From positions 5,642,001 through 5,706,000 of the forward strand of contig NC_043024.1 of NCBI RefSeq assembly GCF_006345805.1: DNA of 64,000 nucleotides, given 5' to 3'. Positions 40,060 to 53,562 of this stretch are shown here, piece after piece. This DNA is from Octopus sinensis. Taxonomy: Eukaryota. Under the pieces are notes generated by a model. That model did no database searches and was not told the origin of the DNA. It saw nothing but the letters and a program-made list of their open reading frames with translations. Every line of letters begins with the position of its first letter. Positions within the stretch are counted from its first letter, which is position 1. The translations under genes and the position numbers were made by a program.

Positions 40060-40904
40060 ATGATGAAAATAATAATTCTTTTGCTTGCCACTAGAGCGAC
40101 GAACATTTGGGGAGGGATTTGAGTGTGGTGATCTGAATTGAAAGTGAGAAGCAAGAAATCGCTTTCATTCTGTCCTCTACCAATTTAAACGCTGGGGATT
40201 CTGTGAAGTTGCTACACCAGGACTGATGCTGAAAGTAGAGACAGAGTTAGTTCCATTGTCAGTTTATTGTTAAACCTTCCCAATTCTATTCATATCCTGC
40301 TTTTGTTTCAATAACATCTATATTGATTAGTTCCACTTGACATTTGATATTTAGCAAGCTCTAATTAAATATAAATGATTGGGAATTGACTGTGTCAAGT
40401 AATATTTAAATCTCAGAATACTGTGACACATTCTACACTGGAATATTTCAGTGTTATTTATTTACTGTCATAAAACGACTTCTTGAACACAGTGACATCT
40501 TCCCTACTGGGTCTGAGTAAATATTGTTCTTTTCTTTTATTCTTTTATATATTTCAGTCAATTAAATAACTGTGGCCATGCTGGAGCATTGCCTTTAGTC
40601 GAGCAAATCGAGTCCCAGTACTTATTTTTTGTAAGCCCAGTACTTATTCTATCGGTCTCTTTTGCCGAACCCTTAAGTTACGGGGATGTAAACATGTCAG
40701 CATCGGTTACAAGCGATGTTGGGGGGATACAGACAGACACACATACATATACATACACACATGTACATATATATATATAGGGAGAGTTTATGAAAAAAAC
40801 AAAAGACGGAGACAAGTGGTGTACAAAACAAACAGATGTATTAGTATAACGCTCAGGAATAGAAAAAGTCTTTTACATTTTGAACCTATGCTCTACTACA
40901 TATA

Positions 40905-40959
<55 letters not shown>

Positions 40960-41220
40960 GACGGACTTCTTTCAGTTTCCATCTACCAAATCCACTCACA
41001 AGGCTTGCCCAAGGTGCCACGCAGTGGGACTGAACCCGGAACTATGTGGTTGGTAAGCAAGCTACTTACCACACAGCCACTTACATATGTGTGTATGTCT
41101 CTGTATTCTGCCAATGCACACATGTTAATATATATTTTGAATTAGTTGTCCATCAATGAGAAGAAATGCAGCAATATATTTTTACTTGTGTGCCATAAGC
41201 AGAAATGTATTGCTTGATGA
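40060..41220 (+). promoter_or_regulatory. Conserved cassette block P3, with no ZNF exon downstream
   Basis: GAGCGACGAACATT at 40094; donor degenerated to GTAAAT at 40517; SINE inserted at ~40540-41085. Confidence 0.4.
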
Positions 41221-41257
41221 TTATATATATATTTATACACACACACACACACATATA

Positions 41258-41646
41258 TCTATATATATAAAGCTGAAGTTGTTTGTGTGTGGCAGGTTTG
41301 GTTGCCTTCAACTAACACTATCTCCTCTGAGACCCTGCAGTGCAAGTTGACCAAAATTGAGAGTAAGATAGAAGAAGGCTTGCTCTTCCTTCCATAGAAG
41401 AAAAAATTCAAATCGGACCATGTTAACACCAAAAATTATTTACATCAAAAAGGTGCTTTTTTCCTATGAAAATCCATATTTTTTACGATTTTTTGACTGC
41501 TATGTCACCATTTTTCAGTGTTTTCAACCAGAAAAATGTTCAGTTAAAGAGAATAACAAGCTACATAATGCAAAATTTTTACTTTTCAAAAATTCCAATT
41601 CTAAAGGGTCAAAACAAACCAGATCAACGCTGGGCGATACTGCTAG
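41258..41646 (+). mobile_element. Non-autonomous Helitron
   Basis: A|TC start, hairpin CCAGATCAACGCTGG, CTAG|T end. Confidence 0.7.
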
Positions 41647-41657
41647 TATATATACAC

Positions 41658-41734
<77 letters not shown>

Positions 41735-41745
41735 TATATATATTA

Positions 41746-42245
41746 GTGATCTTACCTAGAGATGATGACCAAACAATTACCATCGGCACTGATAGGATGA
41801 CCAACCACCCTGCACCATATGTTACCACCAGCCACACCCATGCTGGTGTTGGCAGCTACATTGCTGACCATGGAACCAGAAATGGTAACCATGGTGATAA
41901 CACCAACGGATCATTGCGTTATATCAACAATGGCAGCAATGGTGTTATCAACAGCATCCCCAGGCCCGAAGCCTATCAGAGATATACCAGGAGTGTGGAT
42001 ATAGTCATATCCCAAGTGTGTTAATATATCAGATTGACCAGTACTTCTTTCAAACATTGCTTCCACAACCACCAGTCATCCTTTAGAGTCCCAGAAAGAT
42101 GTTTTGTCACATTCCTGACCAGCGGTGTGTGGCACCTCAAAGATCATGTGATATCGGGAGGGAGGGGATAATAGATCATCCAGGCCCATATATTAATGGG
42201 AGTGGTTGTTGCAAAATCTGCATCGCTGAGAGAACCAAAATTCTT
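41746..42245 (+). pseudogene. Penelope-like GIY-YIG endonuclease C-terminal remnant
   Basis: YIRLTSTSFKHCFHNHQSSF...VWHLKD...PYINGSGCCKICIAERTKI resembles the PLE endonuclease tail; the upstream part is an Asn/Gly-rich linker of uncertain origin. Confidence 0.5.
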
Positions 42246-45200
42246 AACCCTTTTGTTACTAACCCGGCCAAAACCAGCTCTGGCTCTGTGGTAAAATGTC
42301 TTGTTTTCATAAGTTTTGAATTAAAATCTTCCACCAAACCTTAGTCACAATTTACATTCCTAACACCAACTTAATTATAACTAAGTTATTTTACTAAATT
42401 CTTTGTTATATTTAAAATAATTGAAAGAAACAGAGAACATCTCAAAATAAATACAGTAACGAAAGGGTTAAGGACTATGCTAAACCTGGTGTGTTGAATA
42501 ATCACAAAGAAGCTTTCTCTAAATGTGTCCATTTCAAATGCTACCTACTGGAAAATTGGATCTCCCCTTTAGCTGCTTAAGCTATTTTGGGTCTGTAAGG
42601 GTTTTACATCCTTTGGTCAAGAGGAGATAACTTGTCCTCATTAATATTTTTATCTTTTAAATCCCAATATCTGAGCATTTCATCATTTCCATGTGGGAGA
42701 AAGTTTAATTTTTTTGTCTTTGTATAGAGTCTGATGAGCTGTCCACAAGGCATTGGCTTTTGTGGATATGAATCCTTTGCTAACTTTATGACCTGAATTG
42801 AACTTTTTGCTTTAATAATTACTGCTCTATTCTTTAGAATGTGCTCATATTTTCTGATATGTTATATTGATTATGTATATATATGTGTGTGTGTGTATGC
42901 ATATATATATATATCATCATCATCATCATCGTTTAATGTCCGCTTTCCATGCTAGCATGAGTTGGACAATTTCACTGAGGACTGGCAAACCAGATGGCTG
43001 CACCAGGCTCCAATCTTGATCTAGCAGAGTTTCTACAGCTGGATGCCCTTCCTAATGCCAACTACAATGAGTATATATACATATTATATATATAGTTTCA
43101 AAACTTAAACAGAAGCATGGTATAGGAACAAACGGAAAATATATACACAAGATAGATGTGCTGATTCCTTGTCATATATTGTCAAAAGAAATCCTTACAA
43201 TTGCACATCTTTAGCAATAATATTCTTCATTTTTGGTGGAAATAGTGAGCATACGTTGAGGACAGTGACAAAAACATGTGACACAGGATGTGGTATGAAT
43301 ATAAATGTACAAACGAAGTAAAATATACAATATAGGTGCAGGAGTGGCTGTGTGGTAAGTAACTTGCTTACCAACCGCATGGTTCTGGGTTCAGTCCCAC
43401 TACTTAGCACCTTGGGCAAGTGTCTTCTACTATAGCCTCAGGCTGACCAAAGCCTTGTGAGTGGATTTTGTAGATGGAAACTGAAAGAAGCCCGTCGTGT
43501 GTGTGTGTGTTTGTGTCTGTGTTTGTCCCCCCACCATTTTTTGACAACTGATGTTGGTATGTTTATGTCCCCGTAAACTAGCGGTTTGGTAAAAGAGACG
43601 GATTGGTTAAGTACTAGGCTTACAAAGAATAAGTCCTGTGATCGATTTGTTCAACTAAAGGTGATGCCCCAGCATGGCCGCAGTCAAATGACTGAAACAA
43701 GTAAAAGAATATACAAGCAAAATAAGTCCATATGACTCTGAAACAAGGTTAGGACGATGTAAAACAAGGAAAATGTGCTAAAGGAATGGGGACAGGGAAG
43801 TATTGGGAAGAAAGAATGAAAGGTGAAGAAAGAAACTGTATGTTGAAAGTAGAGCCTGAGCGAATGATATGAGCCTTGTTCTTCAGGGTGGAGACATAAG
43901 AATCTAACAATTAGACGAACAAATTGCAAGGACAAACATTTTTGTTGGTTTACATCTTGAAGAACCCTATGTTACCCCCGATGAGCTTTCTGCTGGATGT
44001 TCAAAAATAGGAAGTAAGAAAAATTCTTACATCTCTGTACCAAATGGAAAACGAAAACAAATCTTTCTTTATTGAGACGTCATAAATTGCCCCAAATAAT
44101 GCCGAAATTGTCCTGATCGAAAGGACCATCTTTTGGGGAAGACCTAGTCTGACATGGAATGAGAAAAACTTAAATAAAGGCATTCTATTGGGAAAACTGC
44201 TCAACAATGGCAGGCTACCCAACAAGTATATATACATATACACATATTATATATACATGTATATAATAATAATATTAGGGAGTAAATCCAAACTTACAGG
44301 GAAAAATTAGATTTAGGATTAAATCAAATTTCACAGTATAAATATAAATTAAATTAGAGATAAAACCACTATTAGGCAACTCAGTGAAAAACATAAACCA
44401 AAACATAGAAATAAAATTAATATAATATACAAAAAATATAAAATTCAAAATTTAAATTATTTAAATTTAAAGTTAAAAATTTTAAATTATTAATTTATAT
44501 TTATAAATTTATATATATATATATATATTTTTAAATTTTTTTTTATTTATTTATCTTTATAAATATATATAACTATTAAAAAGTTTATGTTTTCGTTTCT
44601 CATTGTGTTCAATGTTTTTTTTTTATGTTCTGTACCCATATATGCATGTATATATACATATATTGTATATATATACATATATTGTATATATATATATATA
44701 TATATTTAGATATAATGATATAAATATATACATATATGTATATACCTACATATATATGTATATATACATGCATATATGGGTACAGGACATAAAAAAAAAC
44801 ATTGAACACAATGAGAAACGAAAACATAAAAACAAATACATAGAAAATGAACTTTTTTGAACAACGAAAAAACAAACAGAGAATTGAGACATGCAACATA
44901 AAGAATATTCCCCTTCTTCAGTTGTCCCTGTTTCATCTACTCTGCGTTTCGAAGATATATGTATATATATATATATTTATTCATATATATATTATATTCA
45001 TGTATATATATAATATATTCATATATATATATTATACATGCACATATATGTATTATATATGCATATCATATATTCATGTGCATATATATATTATATATAC
45101 ATGTATATATACATATATATATATATTCATGTACATATATATTATATATACATATATGTGTGGGTGGGTGTATATATATATATATATATACACACACACA

Positions 45201-46549
45201 AATAGAAATATAATAATAATAGTAGGGAATATAATTCCAAAACTTACAGAGAAAAATTCAATTTAACAATTTTAAATCAAATTTCACAATATATAATATA
45301 TATAAATAATTTAGAGAAAAACCTCCATTAAATAATTCAATAATGAAAGATGTTATACACACCATATAGAAAACATATAGTATAAAAAAAAACTTATTTT
45401 GAAAATCAATAAAGTACAATAAATAGTAAATAGTAGTAAAAAGACTACACATGTTTCATGTCTATATTTTCAAATAGCTAATAATAATAAAATCAATTTG
45501 ATTCATAATTAAATCGAACTAAAATTAATTCTATTGAAAAATATAGTCACTCATCAGGTCTAAGATAATAAATAATAAAAAATAATGATAAAATAAATGT
45601 ACTTATGTTATACTAATTATCAAATAATTATATTAAAAAAATGTGGGGTTTTTTTTTCAACACCAGGACTTATTTTTTGTAAGCCTAGTACTTATTCTAT
45701 TGGTCTCTTTTGCCGAAGTGCTAAGTTACAGGGATGTAAACACACCAGCATCAGTTGTCAAGCGATGTTGGGGGGACAAACACAGACACACACACACACG
45801 TATATATAATATATATACGTGTATATATGAACCCGGAGCTATGTGGTTGGGAAGCAAGCTTCTTACCACACAGCCACACTTGCGCCTCACAACCATATAT
45901 ATGTGTGTGTGTGTGTATGAATGTATACACACACACATATATTTCACGTGTTTGTGTGTATAGAAAGCTACTTAACCATACAGCCATGCCTGCACCAATG
46001 TATGCAATAACTCTCCCATCTGCTGCTGAAAAGCCACAATGACAGCTTGTTTGTAAAAAGAAACACACTGACCTTTTTTGTCATCTCCCTCCACCTTTGC
46101 ATACTTCTGTGACTTTTAAATATAATTGATCTATGGTAGCACATAATAATATAACCTTTGTTAGAGAAATGTCTCTGTGCAATTGGAAAAGATTTATACG
46201 GTCATTGGCTTTATTCTCCAAGTCAGTAGATTTACAAGATAAATGCATATTACTGGGTATGGCTGTATATGATGTCTTGCAAACAACTTGCAAAATGGTA
46301 TGGGAGACTTTCTTTTAACTAGGATTAACAGGCTAAGGGGTGCCAAGTAAAGGAGAAAAGTGGCTGCAAATATATCGCCTACACTCACCCATAATTCTCA
46401 TACTTGCAACATTTGCAAATCGTTGGTGGGCCTCAAATGTCACATTCAACAAAGAAAGTTTAGGTTGTCGGATGCTCATGCTTTGAAAACGATGGGAAAG
46501 TCCATCATTGATATATATATATATATATTATATATATATATATATATAT

Positions 46550-49500
46550 AAATATATAAAACTGAGAATGTGTGTCTATCTGTCTGTGTGTTTCCCTAAA
46601 ACTTGAGAACTACACAACCAATTTCATTCAAATTTTACACATGCCTTACTTAAGGTCCGGGGAGTGTCATCGGCAAAAAAAATGTTAACTTTTTCCCTAG
46701 GGCGAGCCCACAGCAATATCATATTTTCTCCACTTTTTCAGTATTACATGTTAAAAGTGAAACAAAAACATCTCTCTATTGTAATGCAGACACTTTCACT
46801 TTAATACTGAAACTATTAAAGTGAAAGTATTATATAACCGAGATGAACCATTAAAAGTGGTCAACCTTTTTGCTAGAAGAAGATCCGCTATGGCCTTATA
46901 TGCTACACCACTGGTTTTCAATTCATATTAATCAAATTAATATTCAATGTTTCACCCTTATTATGCGTGTGTGTGTGTATTAGCAATTCGTATAAAATTG
47001 CATCAATACCTTGAACTTGAATAAGTGGTTTCACATAAATGGAGAAACGTTAAAAAGGTTTGTTATTATTATTACTGTTTGACTATTGTAATCACGTTTG
47101 TTGGTTCCTCGCCAGGAAAACGTTGTTGTGTTGCATTTTTTAAATAATTGTAAACTGTAACCCTCCCCCTTTCAGAGAAGGGGCTTTGGTTATTGTTTAA
47201 AAATTGAATTGTGACCCTGTTTGGGGAAATTGACAATATTTTCACCGTCTTTACGGAAGCATTTTTGTTAAAATGCCTTCGATAGAAGTAAGTCCAAAAA
47301 TGAATTTCGCTGCAGCCGTACACTTCTATACAAGAGGGAGGACAAGATCCAATTGATCGAAATTGCAAGAGACGGGCCTACAATTCCAGTCTGTTATGTA
47401 TTTTGGGTATTGTTATCACTAGCGATATCAAGATATAACTTTGTATTTTGTATTTTATGTGTAGATGTATATATATAGATGTACATGTAATATGTACACA
47501 AATATATACCCATATATACATGCATATATCTACACATATGCACACACACACACATAGGGGCAGGTGTGGCTGTGTGGTAACAAACTCCGTTCCAAACACA
47601 TGGTCCTGGGTTCAGTCCCACTGTGTGGTGACTTGGAAGGACAGCATATGTTCAAAAAGATTTTCAAGGAGGTTCCTACAAGAAACTCAGACAGGTGCTG
47701 ATGGGTATCCATCATACAGACGCAGAAAACCAGAAGACGGAGGTTTCACAGCAACTATCAGACAGTACGATATTAATAATAGATCGATTGTTCCATACTG
47801 CCCACTCCTGTCAAAAACTTTCAATGCCCACATCAACGTTGAGTTTTGCAACTCCGTTAAATCCATCAAGTACGTTTGCAAATATGTAAACAAGGATTCT
47901 GACGCTGCAATGTTTGGACTACAACAAGAATACTGCCAGGATGAGGTGACGCATTATCAGGTGGGACGGTACATAGGTAGCAACGAGGCTTTCTGGCGCA
48001 TCTTTGGCTTTCCAATTCACCAACGACGCCCCCGCCATTCAACAGCTTGCATGCACCTGGAAAATGGTCAAAGAGTGTACTTCACCGATGCTAATGCTTC
48101 TCTGTTGGCAAAGGAACCAAGGGATAGCACACTCACTGCATTCTTCAAGCTCTGTCAAGTGGATCCATTCGCTCAAACCTTGCTGTATCCACAGATTCCA
48201 TCGTGCTACACTTAGAATGGAAAAAAATGGGCCCCACGGAAAGCAGGTCAAAATGTTCATGGATACCCTGGCATTAAGTTTCACACTTGCCTTGGGCGAG
48301 TATACATTGTGCATCCCAATCAACAAGAGTGCTTCTACCTTCGTCTACTACTGCATGAGATCAGAGGGCCGTCTTTCCAGGCCCTAAAAACCGTTCATGG
48401 ACATGTCTGCACAACATACAGAGAAGCCTGCTATCGACAAGGTCTGTTACAAGATGGTACACAATGGGATGCAACTTTAGGAGAGGCTGCTTTATCACAA
48501 TCACCTAAAAGTCTCAGGGCACTATTTGCAGTATTACTACAGGCATGCGAACTGCGTGATCCGGCCACTCTAGGGCTCAAATATAGAGACAACCTGGCTG
48601 AAGACTTTCAGCGCCAAGCTCAACTGCTCTATCCTGACATGGAGGGTACCAGCAATGAAATCTGTAACAAAACACTCATTGACATTGAAGACAGAATTGC
48701 TAAACTGGGTGGAAATGAATTGTCGACGTATGGCCTGCCACAAGCATTCAGGTCAGGGTCAAATAGCCTTCCCACTGCTGTTATTCGTGAAACAACCTAT
48801 GACACTCAAGCGCTTTCAAAATACATTGTTGGAAATGAGCCTAAATTACTTCCGGACCAGCTGCAGGCTGACAGAACTATTCTTAACAGTGTACACCAAT
48901 GCGAGGGACGAATCTTCTTCCTCGATGTTCCTGGAGGGACAGGAAAAACATTTATTACAAAGCTTCTCCTTGCAGAAATTAGGCAGCATCAGGACATTGC
49001 AGTAGCTGTGGCCTCCTCTGGCATTGCAGCTACTTTGTTACCCAGTAGCAGGACAGCACACTCAATTTTTAAACTCCCTCTCAATTTAGCAGCATCCAAA
49101 ATGCCTTCATGCAACATGAACAAAAACTCAAATCAGGGACAAGTACTTAAAATGTGTCATCTAATTGTCTGGGACAAGTGCACTATGGCTAACAAGGGAG
49201 CTTTGGAAGCATTAGATAGAACCATGAAAGACATCCGAGACTGTCAGGCTCCAAAGTCCTCTACCCTGTGGCATCATCTTACAATCCTCAGTCTCACCAC
49301 TAACATGAGAGCTCAGCTACACGGCGACAAAATGTCCACAAAGTTTGCACAGGACATTTTGACACTTGGTGAAGGCAAGATGCCTCTCGATGCTGCAGGA
49401 CAAATGGAAGTGTGGTCATTTTCCTCTGTTGTTAATTCTGTAGATGACCTCAAAAACAAAATCTTTCCCAACTTCACACAAAACTACCAAAATCACAATT

Positions 49501-50277
49501 GGCTGTGTGAAAGAGCAACATTAGCTCCAAAAAACATCGCTGTTAACAAAATTAGTCTACAGCTAATGCATTCTCTTCCCGACACTAAACACACTTACAA
49601 GTCTGTTGATACAATTCCAGATATAAATGAAGTTGCGAACTATCCTCCTGAATTTTTCAATTCACTGGAGCCTCCTGGACTACCTCCACACATATTAGCA
49701 CTTAAAGTTAGAACACCTGTAATGCTATTCCACAATCTGGAACCACCAAGACTTTGCAATGGAACACGACTGGTGATAAAGAAAATGATGTCACACGTTA
49801 ACGAGGCGATCATTCTTTCTGGATGTGGAAAAGGTGATGACGTCTTTATTCCAAGAATTCCTCACTCCATCAGGAGCAGAAATTCCATTTACATTCAGAA
49901 GACTGCAATTCCCCCTTCGTGTCAGCTCTGTCATGCCCATTAACAAATCTCAGGGTCAAACCCTCTCTGTAGCTGGTCTTCTCTTGGAAGAACCCTGCTT
50001 CTCGCATGGGCAACTGTATGTTGGCTGCTCAAGAGTAAGAACCAAAAGAATTCTTTTTGTATATGCTCCACAAGGAAAAACAAGGAACATTGTTTACAAC
50101 GAGATGTTATAATCTCAACAGCCAGGAGGTATATACATGATCCCCCCTTTTTTTTAACAAACTTCATGTACTTATATTAATATATATATGTGTGTGTGTG
50201 TGTATCCATGTATATATAACAGAAAAGTCTAATTCTTCAATTGAATGTAACCAGGCAACGCTGGGTATCTCTGCTAG
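46550..50277 (+). mobile_element. Large internally deleted Helitron with Rep/PIF1-helicase pseudogene (~47640-50112)
   Basis: Rep motifs GYPSYRRR, AHINVEFC, KYVCKYVNK; helicase motifs VPGGTGKTF, SSGIAATLL, RTAHS, INKSQGQTL, FSHGQLYV; hairpin CCAGGCAACGCTGG then CTAG|T at 50274-50277. In-frame stop at ~48213, a later frameshift and DE>DK in Walker B. 5' end approximate (inside a TA tract). Confidence 0.85.
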
Positions 50278-50439
50278 TATATATATAAAACATTAGGAAG
50301 AATGGAAAAGTCTTACATTTCGAGCATACGCTCTTCCATAGAAAGAATTAAGAGCAAATAAGAAATGGAGAAAGATTGAAAAAAGAAAAAGACAAAAATG
50401 TGCCTATATATATATATATATTCATATTGTATGTCTTTG

Positions 50440-50525
50440 TGCAGCTGAGGATTGCTCTGCATTTAAATTGATGTAATGGTTGCATTGTTCAATTAAACTG
50501 AGTTGCGTGAAACGATCGTACTGCA
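50440..50525 (+). ncRNA. Candidate minimal type I hammerhead ribozyme
   Basis: Helix I TGCAG/CTGCA, core CTGAGGA (50445-50451), long helix II hairpin, GAAA (50509-50512), 2-bp helix III AC-GATC-GT with palindromic loop; predicted cleavage after GUA (50520). Pair 10.1-11.1 is U-U rather than G-C. Confidence 0.5.
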
Positions 50526-50982
50526 TTACCTCTGGATATCTTTGTTGCTTATTTTAATTCTAATCACCTTATTTTGAAATTGTATGGATAATACCGTACT
50601 AAATTCTGGTACCTCAACTTAAGTACAATATTCATCTTAGTCTAAATTTCTGCTGAACTCATGTATGTGTGTGAGTGAGTGATATTTTTCCGGATGAAAA
50701 TACTTTTTCTGTTTAGGGCATTATTCCCTAGGTTTCTAAATCATACATTATTTAAGGGGTTCCTTTCATTTCCGTATGAATATATATACAAATAATAATC
50801 ATTAGAAGAATCAATTTATTAGACGGTGTCCAATAAATGGAACGGGTTTTGACGCTAATACAGATTATTTATTTAATTTAACCAGTCAGCTGTTTCTGTC
50901 GCAGAAGACCATGTTTAGGCATACAACTGAAGAATATGTATTTCAACACATTATTATATTACGTCATTTGGAATTCAATCTG

Positions 50983-51290
50983 AAGGCGCGCGGCTTCATG
51001 GTTAGGGGCATTCGGCTCATAATCGTAAGTTCAATTCCTGGCGACATGTTGTGTCCTTGAGCAAGATACTTTACTTCATGCAGGCTCCAGTTCACTCATC
51101 TGGCAAAAACGAGTACTACCTGTATTTCAAAGGGCCAGCTTTGTCACACTGAATCTTCCCGAGAACTACATTCAGGGTACACGTTTTTGTGGAGTGGTCA
51201 GCCACTTGCACGTCAATTTTGCAAGCAAGCTGTTGATTGTATCGGCTGGGACCCTCATCGTCGCAACTGACGGAGTGCTCCTTTCTTTTT
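50983..51290 (+). mobile_element. tRNA-derived SINE, fourth family
   Basis: Head GGCGCGCGGCTTCATGGTTAGG...AAGTTCAATTCCTGG followed by GTGTCCTTGAGCAAGATACTT, a CORE-like block. Confidence 0.5.
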
Positions 51291-53435
51291 TATTAGTGAA
51301 TAATAATGAAATATTTTTATATTTAAAGTTAGTACATTTAGTTAACTTTGTGATAATTATAATCATTTCGTTTTCTAATTTATTTTTCACTCGCCAAATC
51401 AAATTCTAAAGTGAAGCTTACAAGCGTAATTTAATTAGTCTAATTGGTCTTTTGCGACAGAAACATCTCTCTTTTGCTCATTTCAGTCATTTGACTGCGG
51501 CCATGCTGGAGCACCGCCTATAGTCGAGGAAATCGACTTATTCTTTGTAAGCTAAGTACTTACACATACACATATATAGTAGGCATCCGTCGGACATGAA
51601 TCTGTAACACACAAACAGCAACAGCATTTGAAGAGAATCTCTGCCAGCACCACCGGAGTCGTTTGTATGCAGTCAAGTCGCTAAAGTTTGGGTTGTTAGC
51701 AGCATAATTTCCTAGTAAGTGGCAGAATGAATTTTGTGTGTACTTTTACTTGTTTCAGTCATGTGACTGGCCACCCTGGAGCACCGTCTTTAGTCGAGCA
51801 AATCGACCCCAGGACTTATTCTTTGTAAGCCTAGTACCTATTCTATCGGTCTCTTTTGCCAAACCGCTAAGTTACGGGGATGTAAACACACATATATACT
51901 ATGGGCTTCTTTCAGTTTCCGCCTACCAAATCCACTCACAAGGCTTAGGTCGGCCCAACGCTACAGTAGAAGACACTTGCCCAAGGTGTCAGAAAATGAG
52001 ACTCAACCTGGAACCACATGGTTGGTAAGCAAGCTACTTACCCCACAGCCACTCCTGCATCTATATACTAATAAAAGATATTTTAACTATTCTCAGTGCT
52101 TTTGCAACTCCTACTTTTCCTGTATGTATATATATTCTTTTGCATATTTTAGTCATTCAACTGCGGCCTTGCTGGAGCACTGTTTTAAAATATTATTCTA
52201 GTTGAAGAAATCGACCCCAGGACTTTGTATGCCTAGTACTTATTCCATCTAGTACTTATATCTTTTGCTGAACAGGTTGTGAAACGATTGTGGGACAAAC
52301 ATTCTCACATAAACACATACAATGGGCTTCTTTCAGTTTCCATCTACCAAACCCACTAACAAGACTCTGGTTGGCTCAAGTTTGTAGAAGACACTTGGTG
52401 AAGGTGCCATGTAGAGGGACTGAATCCGGAACCATGTAGTTGGATACATTCTTACCACACCTGCACTTATATAGAAACATGGCCACAACAGACAAAATTA
52501 ATAAAGGTGTTGCCATGGAGATGTGGTAAAAAATTTTACTCTTTCGTTTCCCAACCTAGCCCCTTGTGCACGTTGCATCCATCCAACCAGTTAAAATAAA
52601 ATGAAGCATAAAATAGTGCAACTTTTACACAAGCAAAAGTAGGAATATACGTGATCGACTTCTGAAAATTTGTCGTGGCTTGATAAAATCTGTCGACAGA
52701 TCAAATAACAGTGAATCAACTTCATAAACGGTGCAGTAACAACTATGGGGGTGTGTGCCAAAAAGCTCCTGGATTTAATGGTGTCGCAAAAGGCCTCGCC
52801 AGGACCAACCTTCTGGGCTTAGGAAAAATTTAAGGACCGATGCAATAATTCTCAGTCAGGGTCCCAGCAATGGACTAATTACTGGGAACGAAGGGCCCCC
52901 CACTCATTAAAACTTCCTTATAAAGGTAAACTCATACAAAATACCTGAAGGACAATTGGTTTCTGGTTGTCCCAACTTCTGCTGTGTCCACAATTATACA
53001 TTTATTTCTTTTAGCCGATGACAACACATTAAACACTCAAAACAAATCATGCAAGATCTTGGAACCTGGGAACATTTGCATGGACTCAAGTTTAGAAAGT
53101 TGACATCAGCTGTGTGTAAATGCATGTGTGGCCGTTTCCCAACCACATGGTACCAGGGTTCAGCCCCAAGGCATTGCACCTTGGGCAAGTGTTTTCTATA
53201 GCCTCGGGCCAACCAAAGCCCTGAGTTCACAATAACAGCACTTCCATTACTGTCTTAAAAAAAAAAAAAAAATACCATAAGACGGCAGCCTTTCCAACAG
53301 CACACCAGACCGTCACTTTTGTGTCCGAAAAATGGACACAACAAACTACTACAACAAAAACAAACAAGAATGCAAATAACAACAAAACTCCAGACATTTC
53401 CAAGGAACAAGTCTTTAATGACCCTTTAATCACAT

Positions 53436-53562
53436 TTACTGTTGTTGCCTAGCTGCAATTCTCTTGTCTCTCTCTTCTGACACAGTCAGTCTCACACCCT
53501 TGCCCTTTGGTAGTGACACCCAAGGTTTGTTTCCTTTGCCAATGATGAATACATTCTTAATT
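53436..53562 (-). CDS. RPS4: 40S ribosomal protein S4, last coding exon
   Basis: TTTTCAG acceptor; (R)[41 protein letters not shown]; phase matches the upstream exon; ATTAAA/AATAAA candidates downstream. Confidence 0.95.

Noticed and set aside
41746-42024. Terminal exon of a host gene
   Set aside because: No credible polypyrimidine acceptor or upstream exons, and it runs directly into PLE endonuclease-like sequence.
50300-50345. Second hammerhead on minus strand (GGAAGAGCGTATGCTCGAAA; similar at ~40860-40900)
   Set aside because: Helix II and GAAA are present, but the CUGA core and helix I are missing; at most a decayed repeat.
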